Positions 56,882 to 64,000 of a DNA stretch of 64,000 bases are shown here, piece by piece. Under the pieces are notes generated by a model. The model was not told the DNA's origin, searched no databases, and saw only the letters and a list, made by a program, of their open reading frames with translations. The DNA lies in the NCBI GenBank assembly GCA_943789275.1, contig CALSTM010000003.1:515935-579934 (forward strand). The letters run 5' to 3'. This DNA comes from Candidatus Poseidoniaceae archaeon (GTDB lineage: Archaea > Thermoplasmatota > Poseidoniia > Poseidoniales > Poseidoniaceae). A program made the position numbers and the translations under genes. The number at the start of each line of letters is the position of its first letter. Position 1 is the first letter of the stretch.

Positions 56882-59157
56882 TCAACAATTCGATGACTGC
56901 ACCAATTCCTCCAGCAAACCCAGTACCAGGTGCAGTTTGGGAAGTCTCTCCTGACTTGCCGGATGGCCTCGTGCTCGACCCAGCAACGGGAATCATTACC
57001 GGAACGCCAACACAATCAATGGACAACACGACGTTCACCATGTGGGCCAACACAACCACGCCAAGCATGTCGATTATCTCGACGTTCTGGCTTGAAGTGC
57101 TTGAGGACAGCGACGGTGATGGAATGCCAGACGCACTTCCAGACGATTATCCTGACATGAATCCACCTTACGATTTGGTCGAAGATTTGGACGACGATAA
57201 CGACGGTATGTCGGATGACGATGAAGCAATCATTGGAACCGACCCTACCAATCCTGATTCAGACGGCGACGGATTCTGTGATGGTAACGGAACGGGCGAT
57301 GGCGACTGCTATGCAGGACCTGACTCCTCACCGCTTGACCCAGCACTGCCAGCCAATACTGATGGTGATGCGTATCCTGATGACGACCCAGACGGTGAAG
57401 GCGGCTTAGTTGCTGATACCGATGACGACAACGATGGTTTCCTTGATACCCGTGAATTGGAGTGTCTATCTGACTCTCTCGATGCGACAGACGTGCCTGA
57501 AGACCTTGATGGTGACGGGGAATGTGATGCATTAGACGACGATATTGACGGTGACGGATTGATCAACGATCTTGAATCCAATACTGGTGTTTACAATCCA
57601 CCTTTCGAAACAGGAACAGACCCTCGTAATGCTGACACCGATGGTGACGGCGTTTGCGATGGCGACGAATCTCCACCGAACAACAATTGCACTGCAGGAC
57701 ACGATGCGTTCCCGCTTGACCCTGCAGCTCACGCAGACACTGACGGTGACGGGTTCCCTGACGAACTGTTCGGAAATTCAACCAGCACTCCTCCACTCAC
57801 GCTCGATATGGACGATGACAACGATGGATGGACCGACGTTGATGAAACGGCGTGCGGCACAGACAGTTTGGATGACGCAAGTACACCCGTTGATACCGAT
57901 GTAGACGGCATTTGTGATGCACTGGATGACCTGTTGGATCTACCGTTTACGATGACATACCCAACCCAAAATCTAACCATTGGAGTTGGCGAAGAAATGA
58001 TCCCTTTCCTGCCGAATATTACCGGTTTAGGAGAGGTTGCAACGTGGGAAATCAGTGGAGAATTGCCCGATGGCCTCACCTTTGGTTGGAGTCCTGCTCG
58101 AGATGCCTTGTTGGATGGAAGTATTCGCGGAACACCACTGAATGCCTCGGAAATGAGCAACCTCACCATCTGGGCGAACAATTCTGCTTACAGTCAATCG
58201 TTCGAAGTGTCTCTCACCGTCAACGATGTTGTTTCAGATGACAGTGATGGTGATGCTGAATCCAGTCTCAAGTGGGGTTACATCTGTTGTCCTTTACTGC
58301 TGTTGATTTTGCTTGCAGTGTTCTTAATCTTCATGCCAAATGAAAAGACCGTTTTGAAAGATGCAGAGCCTGAACATACGGTTGTGAAACCAAGAACAAA
58401 GAAAGGCAGTGGAACAGAAGATGATCCGTTTGTGTTGAAATCGATTAAGGGTGTAAAACCTGGAAGTCTTGTTTACAGCAAAGAAATCATCACAATCGAT
58501 GAGATTTCCCCGAACCTTTTGATTAAGTGTGAAGACCGTAACAGTTCTTCGAAGTTCCAAAGCATGAAATTGTCAAATGAACTGCTTGAAACAGACAGTG
58601 AAGAGGATGAACCAGCACTGATTTCTACAGCAATTAATGCGACTGAACACGGTGTCATTCGTTTCAAGTTGGTCTACGATGACAGCGAATTGCCAACATT
58701 TGCAGGCCAGACCGTCAAGGCCTTGGTTAAGGTTGGTAACAATTCTGTCTACTTCCTTTGGGAAATTGAAATCAAGAAAGATTCAGATTGGCAGAAAAAG
58801 ATGGCTGCGAGTGATGCAGAATCCGACGATGAATCTGGAAACGCTGTCGTCGAGTACGTCACTGAAAAAGCGACGGTTGCCAAAGAGAAAACGCACTCCG
58901 TTCTTGATATGGATGGCGACGGTAAACTCACCGTTGAAGACGTTAAGCGCGGTGCTACTCAAATGGCAGAAAACGCCAAGAAGGGCGTTGAAATCGTCAA
59001 AGAGAAGGTTGTTGCTGCTAAGGTTGCGACCGACGCCAAGCTTGCCGAAAGAAAAGCTGCTAAGGAAACCAAGGCTGCCAAGCAAGCCAAGGCCCAAGCC
59101 GATGCAGATGCCAAGGAAGCCAAAGCTGCAGAACAGAAGGCTGCGCAAGGAGGCTGA
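56587..59157 (+). CDS. same giant adhesin gene, middle segment (frame B): TSP3-like Ca-binding repeats, He_PIG domains, TM helix, cytoplasmic region with EF-hand-like loop
   Basis: Continues the domain series of the upstream segment after a frame change at ~56545-56590 (FTIFGIA | SDTSSITFDFNLQILEDTDRDGLPNDLPDDYP parallels earlier FTMWSNNSNGDSLSWNFTIEILEDSDGDGMPNELPGDYDP). TM helix WGYICCPLLLLILLAVFLIFM (~58270-58335). EF-hand-like LDMDGDGKLTVEDV. KA-rich helix begins. Confidence 0.7.
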   Translation: MQILEDTDRDGLPNDLPDDYPVDGELIEDLDDDGDGASDLSETGTGIYNGTDDMGTDPLDPDTDDDGICDGPNDVLPQCIGGPDSNPFGTGPLGPTVLVNNSMTAPIPPANPVPGAVWEVSPDLPDGLVLDPATGIITGTPTQSMDNTTFTMWANTTTPSMSIISTFWLEVLEDSDGDGMPDALPDDYPDMNPPYDLVEDLDDDNDGMSDDDEAIIGTDPTNPDSDGDGFCDGNGTGDGDCYAGPDSSPLDPALPANTDGDAYPDDDPDGEGGLVADTDDDNDGFLDTRELECLSDSLDATDVPEDLDGDGECDALDDDIDGDGLINDLESNTGVYNPPFETGTDPRNADTDGDGVCDGDESPPNNNCTAGHDAFPLDPAAHADTDGDGFPDELFGNSTSTPPLTLDMDDDNDGWTDVDETACGTDSLDDASTPVDTDVDGICDALDDLLDLPFTMTYPTQNLTIGVGEEMIPFLPNITGLGEVATWEISGELPDGLTFGWSPARDALLDGSIRGTPLNASEMSNLTIWANNSAYSQSFEVSLTVNDVVSDDSDGDAESSLKWGYICCPLLLLILLAVFLIFMPNEKTVLKDAEPEHTVVKPRTKKGSGTEDDPFVLKSIKGVKPGSLVYSKEIITIDEISPNLLIKCEDRNSSSKFQSMKLSNELLETDSEEDEPALISTAINATEHGVIRFKLVYDDSELPTFAGQTVKALVKVGNNSVYFLWEIEIKKDSDWQKKMAASDAESDDESGNAVVEYVTEKATVAKEKTHSVLDMDGDGKLTVEDVKRGATQMAENAKKGVEIVKEKVVAAKVATDAKLAERKAAKETKAAKQAKAQADADAKEAKAAEQKAAQGG

Positions 59158-60152
59158 AGCAAGCCAAGGCTGCTGAAGAGAAGGCTGCTAAGGAAGCCAA
59201 AGCACAAGCTGATGCTGACGCAAAGGCTGCCAAGCAAGCCAAGGCTGCTGAAGAGAAGGCTGAGAAGGAAGCTGAGAAGCAAGCCAAGGCCCAAGCCGAT
59301 GCAGATGCCAAGCAAGCCAAGGCTGCTGAAGAGAAGGCTGAGAAGGAAGCTGAGAAGCAAGCCAAGGCCCAAGCCGATGCAGATGCCAAGGAAGCCAAAG
59401 CACAAGCTGATGCTGACGCAAAGGCTGCTAAGGAAGCCAAGGCTGCTGAAGAGAAGGCGGCTAAGGAAGCCAAGGCTGCTGAAGAGAAGGCTGAGAAGGA
59501 AGCTGCTGCCAAGAAGAAGGCTGAGAAGAAACCAGCATCGAAGGAAGTCAAGAAAAAGGAAGAACTCAAGCGGGTTCAAGAACGCTCGGAAACGATTGAC
59601 TTTTCGATTCTTGGAACAGCCAAGGCAAGCGACAAAGACGACCTTCAAGTCATGAAGGGTATTGGCCCATTCATTGAAGAAAAGCTCAATGCGCTCGGAA
59701 TCTACACTTACCTACAAGTCTCGAAGATGACCTCAAAACTTGAAACAGACGTCAACGAGGCCATCGAGTTCTTCCCTGGCCGTGTCAAGCGAGACCAATG
59801 GGTCAACCAGGCGAAGATTTTGCTCGGTGAGGACGTGAAACTCGATGAGAAGGCACTCAAGCAAGCCGAAGACCTCGAACGAATCTCCAAGAAGGCTGAG
59901 TCAATTGACTTCGCTACGCTTGGTGTTGCAAGCGCTTCCGAGAAGGACTCGCTGCAGACAATCAAAGGGATTGGTCCGTTTATTGAAGAGAAGTTGAATG
60001 CGCTTGGTATTTACACCTTCGAACAAGTTGGAAACATGACGCCTGATATTGAAGAACAGGTCAACAAGGCCATCGAGTTCTTCCCAGGCCGTGTCAAGCG
60101 AGACCAATGGGCGAAGCAGTCAAGGGCTCTTCACGAACAAACTACTAAGTGA
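59157..60152 (+). CDS. same giant adhesin gene, C-terminal segment (frame C): KA-rich repeat linker plus two HhH (DUF4332-like) repeats
   Basis: The KA-rich frame (KQAKAAEEKAEKEAEKQAKAQADADAK...) runs without stops from ~59157 into the track ORF 59652-60152. That ORF has two repeats of [I/M]KGIGPFIEEKLNALGIYT[Y/F].QV..MT......V..AIEFFPGRVKRDQW..Q (HhH/DUF4332-like). The junction is a 1-nt deletion (GCTGAAGCAAGCC versus paralogous GCTGAGAAGCAAGCC). Confidence 0.5.
   Translation, partial: KQAKAAEEKAAKEAKAQADADAKAAKQAKAAEEKAEKEAEKQAKAQADADAKQAKAAEEKAEKEAEKQAKAQADADAKEAKAQADADAKAAKEAKAAEEKAAKEAKAAEEKAEKEAAAKKKAEKKPASKEVKKKEELKRVQERSETIDFSILGTAKASDKDDLQVMKGIGPFIEEKLNALGIYTYLQVSKMTSKLETDVNEAIEFFPGRVKRDQWVNQAKILLGEDVKLDEKALKQAEDLERISKKAESIDFATLGVASASEKDSLQTIKGIGPFIEEKLNALGIYTFEQVGNMTPDIEEQVNKAIEFFPGRVKRDQWAKQSRALHEQTTK
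59233..59388 (+). repeat. perfect 78-bp tandem duplication (26 aa: AKQAKAAEEKAEKEAEKQAKAQADAD) within a longer degenerate KA-rich repeat tract (~59000-59560)
   Basis: 59233-59310 is identical to 59311-59388 (AGCAAGCCAAGGCTGCTGAAGAGAAGGCTGAGAAGGAAGCTGAGAAGCAAGCCAAGGCCCAAGCCGATGCAGATGCCA). Confidence 0.9.
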
Positions 60153-60207
60153 TTAAACCCGTTATGAAAGGCTTCAAAACCTTTATGCAATAAGGGGTCG
60201 AAGAATC

Positions 60208-63200
60208 ATGCACGGTGCGGATGCTTTGCTCCCTCTAACATTAAAAGCGAACAAGACTGCCTCGAATGGCTCGAACTCGCTAAAATCGGTGATTTTGTCG
60301 CTCTTGATGATTTCAATGTCCCTCTCAGCGGGAATTGTTCAATCAAGTCCTTCCCACGAGACTCTGGAAAAGTCTTCGAGCGAACTGAGCTTGTCGACAA
60401 TTTCTGACTCCGTCTCATCAGGCCTTGCTGAACTGAGCAGCTTGTTGGGGTTGGTTGAAGATCAGCCAGCCGAACTTGAACAATCCAATGCTGATGCGAT
60501 GTTGACTGGGGGTCGCTCCGTTCCTTCAGTATCGTATTCTCCCAGTACGTTCAACCTCGTTCGTAACACAGCAATGAGCGACCAAACGCCCACCTCATCT
60601 GGGGGCACGGTAACTTCTTGGTCTATTTCGCCGACTCTTCCTTCAGGTATTTCGATTTCATCATCGACGGGTACAATCTCCGGAACGCCGACTGTAATCA
60701 GCGCATCGACCTCCTACACTGTGACAGCAACCAACGGTGCCGGCAGCGATACTGCAACCATCACCATCTCCGTTACCGATGCTTTGCCGGTTATCGTTTA
60801 CTCTCCGAACACATTCACCGAGGCTGTGGGCACTGCAATGACGTCGGTCACACCGACATCGTACGCAGGTACGGTCGATTCTTACTCGATTTCTCCGTCG
60901 CTACCTCCGGGTTTGTCCTTGGATACCAGCACGGGTACCGTTAGCGGAACGCCAACTGCCGTCTCTTCATCAACATCCTACACCGTAACGGCGACCAACT
61001 CCGCAGGTACAGACACCGCCTCCCTCACTATTGTCGTCAATGACGTTGCACCAACTTCGATCAGTTACTCTCCGAACACATTCACGTTAACGAAGGGGAC
61101 ATTGATTTCTACGGTCACGCCGACCTCAAGTGGAGGGGCTGTCACATCATGGACCATTTCACCGTCTCTTCCAGCAGGACTTTCTTTGGCCTCTTCCGAT
61201 GGTGCAATCAGCGGAACACCGACTGAAGTGTCATCGTTACAAACTTACACCGTGACAGGTACGAACACTGGCGGGAGTGCTACTGCAGAGATCACGATTC
61301 AAGTCAATGATGTTGCTCCAATCATCGGTTACCCTACGACTTCTTACACCCTGGTCAAGGGTAGTGCCATGTCGAGCCCTGCAACACCTACCTCAACCGG
61401 TGGTACAGTTGTTACTTGGGATGTATCCCCTACCCTTCCATCAGGCCTCACTATTTCCAGTTCCACTGGTGTTATTTCAGGAACACCCACAACCGTTACT
61501 TCTTCTGCAGTCTACACCGTTACTGCGACCAACACCGGAGGCACAGATACAGCAACTGTGACCATTCAAGTCAATGATGTACAGCCGCTTATCGGTTATT
61601 CTCCGAGCTCTATTTTGTTGTCAAAGGGTACGACGATGTCGCCTGCCAGTCCAACGTTGTACGGCCAAGGACAAGTAGACTCATGGTCCGTCTCACCTTC
61701 TCTCCCCGCTGGAATAAGTCTTGACTCATCAACTGGTATCATCACCGGGATGCCTACCACTATCAGTCCCTCCGCTACGTACACCATCACTGCAACGAAC
61801 ACCGGTGGTACCGATACTGCAACCCTCACCATTACCGTCAATGATGCTACACCTTCAATTGCATTCTCTACGAATTCATTTACCCTGACCAAAGGCACTG
61901 CGATGACAACTACTACTCCATCATCAACCGGAGGAGCAGTTGTCACATGGTCTATCTCTCCATCGCTCTCGGCGGGGCTCTCTTTTGATTCTTCGACAGG
62001 AACACTTTCTGGAACACCAACCGTGGTTTCAGCCTCTACAGTCTACACGATTACTGCAACCAACACTGGCGGCAGTGATTCGGCTACCGTAACCATCGTT
62101 GTCAACGATATTGCTCCATCCGCTATAGCTTACAGCCCAAGTTCCTTCACCCTGACCAAGGATTCGGCTATGACTGCTGCCACACCTACCTCGAGCGGAG
62201 GTACAGTCGTCTCTTGGGCTGTTAGTCCATCGCTCCCAGCAGGTCTCTTATTGGATACCTCAACAGGTGAGATTTCTGGAACACCTACAGCCGTGACCTC
62301 TTCTGCCACCTACACCGTTACTGCAACCAACACCGGTGGCGATGCTACAACCACCGTGACCATCGTTGTCAACGACGTGATTCCATCTTCAGTTTCGTAC
62401 AGCGACAGTCCGTTTACTTTGACGAAAGATTCCCTCATGACGGCTTCTACGCCAACATACAGCGGAGGGACAGTCATCTCTTGGGCTGTTTCTCCATCGC
62501 TCCCAGCAGGTCTTGCCTTCTCTACCTCGACCGGTGAAATTTCAGGTACTCCATCGGCCGTCACTTCTTCGGCAACCTATACCATTACGGCAACCAACAC
62601 CGGTGGTGACGCTACGACCACCGTGACCATCGTTGTCAACGACATTATTCCATCTTCAGTTTCGTACAGTGGCAGTCCGTTTACCTTGACGAAAGATTCC
62701 TTGATGACGGCATCTACACCAACTTACAGCGGCGGAACAGTCATCTCTTGGGCAGTTAATCCTTCGCTCCCAGCAGGTCTTGTTCTCGATACTTCTACCG
62801 GAGAAATTTCCGGAACGCCTACAGCCGTGACCTCTTCTGCAACCTACACCATTACAGCCTCCAACACCGGTGGCAGCGCTACGACCACCGTGACCATCGT
62901 TGTCAACGACATCATCCCATCATCGGTTACTTACAGCCCGAATTCATTCACCCTGACCAAAGACAGCAGCATGACTGCTACTACACCAACCGCAAGTGGC
63001 GGTCCAGTCGTATCTTGGGCTGTTTCTCCATCGCTACCTGCTGGCATAGTCATCGATTCATCCACCGGTGAGATCAGCGGAACCCCAACAGCTGTGACCT
63101 CTTCGGCAACCTACACCATTACAGCCACCAACACCGGTGGTAGCGCTACGACCACTGTTACCATCGTTGTCAACGACATTATTCCATCATCGGTTGCCTA

Positions 63201-64000
63201 CAGCCCGAATTCATTCACCCTGACTAAAGACAGCAGCATGACTGCAACTACGCCTACTTCGAGCGGCGGTCCAGTCGTTACTTGGACAGTCTCTCCAACG
63301 CTACCTGCTGGCATAGTCATCGATTCATCCACCGGTGAGATTTCTGGAACCCCTACAGCCGTCACTTCTTCGGCAACCTACACCATTACGGCCACCAACA
63401 CCGGTGGTGACGCTACGACTACTGTTACCATCGTTGTCAACGACATCATCCCATCATCAGTTTCGTACAGTGACAGTCCGTTTACCTTGACGAAGGGTAC
63501 AACCATGACGGCCTCAACCCCGACCTCGAGTGGCGGTACCGTCATTTCCTGGGCTGTTTCTCCATCGCTCCCAGCAGGTCTTGCCTTCTCTACCTCGACC
63601 GGTGAAATTTCAGGTACTCCATCGGCCGTCACTTCTTCGGCAACCTATACCATTACGGCAACCAACACCGGTGGTGACGCTACGACAACCGTGACCATCG
63701 TTGTTAACGACGTGATTCCGTCTTCAGTCTCTTACAGCGGAAGTCCGTTCACATTGACCAAAGACTCGGCTATGACCGCAGCCACACCTACTTCCAGCGG
63801 CGGTACCGTTGTATCGTGGGCAGTCTCTCCTTCACTCCCTTCGGGCTTGGTTATCGATTCATCAACCGGTGTGATCAGCGGAACACCTACAGCAATCACT
63901 GCTTCAGCAACCTATACCATTACAGCCACCAACACCGGTGGAGACGCTACGACAACCGTGACCATCGTTGTCAACGACATTATTCCATCTTCAGTTTCGT
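60208..64000 (+). CDS. second giant surface protein, 3'-truncated by the window edge: signal peptide plus more than 13 tandem CADG/He_PIG (dystroglycan-type cadherin-like) domains
   Basis: Not in the ORF track because it runs off the window. The frame is open from the ATG at 60208 (after an in-frame TAA at 60154) to 64000. N-terminus SVILSLLMISMSLSAGIV (signal/anchor). Repeats of ...SYSPNSFTLTKDSxMTAxTPTSSGGxVxSWAVSPSLPAGLxxDSSTGEISGTPTAVTSSATYTITATNTGGDATTTVTIVVNDIIP. Confidence 0.8.
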   Translation, partial: MHGADALLPLTLKANKTASNGSNSLKSVILSLLMISMSLSAGIVQSSPSHETLEKSSSELSLSTISDSVSSGLAELSSLLGLVEDQPAELEQSNADAMLTGGRSVPSVSYSPSTFNLVRNTAMSDQTPTSSGGTVTSWSISPTLPSGISISSSTGTISGTPTVISASTSYTVTATNGAGSDTATITISVTDALPVIVYSPNTFTEAVGTAMTSVTPTSYAGTVDSYSISPSLPPGLSLDTSTGTVSGTPTAVSSSTSYTVTATNSAGTDTASLTIVVNDVAPTSISYSPNTFTLTKGTLISTVTPTSSGGAVTSWTISPSLPAGLSLASSDGAISGTPTEVSSLQTYTVTGTNTGGSATAEITIQVNDVAPIIGYPTTSYTLVKGSAMSSPATPTSTGGTVVTWDVSPTLPSGLTISSSTGVISGTPTTVTSSAVYTVTATNTGGTDTATVTIQVNDVQPLIGYSPSSILLSKGTTMSPASPTLYGQGQVDSWSVSPSLPAGISLDSSTGIITGMPTTISPSATYTITATNTGGTDTATLTITVNDATPSIAFSTNSFTLTKGTAMTTTTPSSTGGAVVTWSISPSLSAGLSFDSSTGTLSGTPTVVSASTVYTITATNTGGSDSATVTIVVNDIAPSAIAYSPSSFTLTKDSAMTAATPTSSGGTVVSWAVSPSLPAGLLLDTSTGEISGTPTAVTSSATYTVTATNTGGDATTTVTIVVNDVIPSSVSYSDSPFTLTKDSLMTASTPTYSGGTVISWAVSPSLPAGLAFSTSTGEISGTPSAVTSSATYTITATNTGGDATTTVTIVVNDIIPSSVSYSGSPFTLTKDSLMTASTPTYSGGTVISWAVNPSLPAGLVLDTSTGEISGTPTAVTSSATYTITASNTGGSATTTVTIVVNDIIPSSVTYSPNSFTLTKDSSMTATTPTASGGPVVSWAVSPSLPAGIVIDSSTGEISGTPTAVTSSATYTITATNTGGSATTTVTIVVNDIIPSSVAYSPNSFTLTKDSSMTATTPTSSGGPVVTWTVSPTLPAGIVIDSSTGEISGTPTAVTSSATYTITATNTGGDATTTVTIVVNDIIPSSVSYSDSPFTLTKGTTMTASTPTSSGGTVISWAVSPSLPAGLAFSTSTGEISGTPSAVTSSATYTITATNTGGDATTTVTIVVNDVIPSSVSYSGSPFTLTKDSAMTAATPTSSGGTVVSWAVSPSLPSGLVIDSSTGVISGTPTAITASATYTITATNTGGDATTTVTIVVNDIIPSSVS
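60520..64000 (+). repeat. 267-bp (89-aa) tandem repeat array with a higher-order ~1068-bp periodicity; the last ~8 copies are near-identical
   Basis: Antisense ORFs 62310-62564 and 63378-63632 differ by 3 aa and lie 1068 bp (4 x 267) apart. The protein shows repeated 89-aa units ending in VTIVVND. Confidence 0.85.

Noticed and set aside
58959-59655. Minus-strand and alternate-frame ORFs (58959-59648, 59060-59569, 59212-59655) with LASASA / RRLRRKLRSKPRPK translations
   Set aside because: By-products of the GC-rich KA-repeat tract. The KA frame is continuous with the HhH-domain ORF and is the only one giving a sensible protein.
60618-60944. 108-aa + strand ORF (MVYFADSSF...)
   Set aside because: Out of frame within the open-ended CADG-repeat gene that starts at 60208. 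The in-frame translation gives regular He_PIG domains.
51700-64000. Tandem repeat arrays as possible CRISPR
   Set aside because: Repeats are 156-312 bp, contiguous without unique spacers, and code in frame for protein domains. Not CRISPR.

Overview
The window is a 64-kb stretch of an archaeal chromosome. Archaeal identity rests on Orc1/Cdc6, an archaeal-type ThrRS with TGS domain, Cdc48, TtuA/NcsA, a TrmB-family regulator and a PPAT-DUF359 fusion. Moderate GC, a class II photolyase, phytoene synthase and giant glycosylated adhesins suggest a planktonic Poseidoniales/MGII-like organism, but that is inference only. Housekeeping genes include partial HMG-CoA synthase, tdh, pyrG, thrS, pyrB-pyrI, ttuA-like, cdc48, aldehyde dehydrogenase, crtB, phr, a Nudix gene, ribA, bcp, an ABC1 kinase, ahcY, a class I FBA, orc1 and a GT2. 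Several loci stand out. (1) About 14 kb at the 3' end encode two giant surface proteins. The first (49979-60152) appears to be one ~3,390-aa gene broken by two 1-nt frameshifts. Its domains run: signal peptide, Kelch-like region, near-identical CADG/He_PIG repeats, LamG, a 7-blade RCC1-like propeller, TSP3-like Ca-binding repeats, a TM helix, then a long cytoplasmic tail with an EF-hand loop, a KA-rich 78-bp tandem repeat and two HhH (DUF4332-like) repeats. The second (60208->64000) is built from 267-bp near-perfect tandem CADG repeats. (2) A Roadblock/LC7 gene lies directly upstream of a 1059-aa Roadblock-plus-long-coiled-coil protein and a small TM protein, with no partner GTPase. (3) A DUF4350-DUF58-membrane protein module has no MoxR ATPase and sits downstream of cdc48 and a PRC-barrel gene. 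(4) A 246-aa membrane protein carries a Frag1/DRAM/Sfk1-like 'PFISD...EPGDTIF' signature. (5) A 390-bp ORF-free region has RNase P RNA-like motifs on the minus strand. (6) An AT-rich intergenic region (46482-46744) contains inverted ORB-like 'TCCAGTGGAAATGTGTAAC'/'GAAATGTAAC' elements and phased GTTACA repeats, next to an 843-aa wHTH protein and ~6 kb from orc1. No tRNA, rRNA, CRISPR or obvious mobile elements were found. All calls come from reading the translations and sequence by eye; no searches were run.
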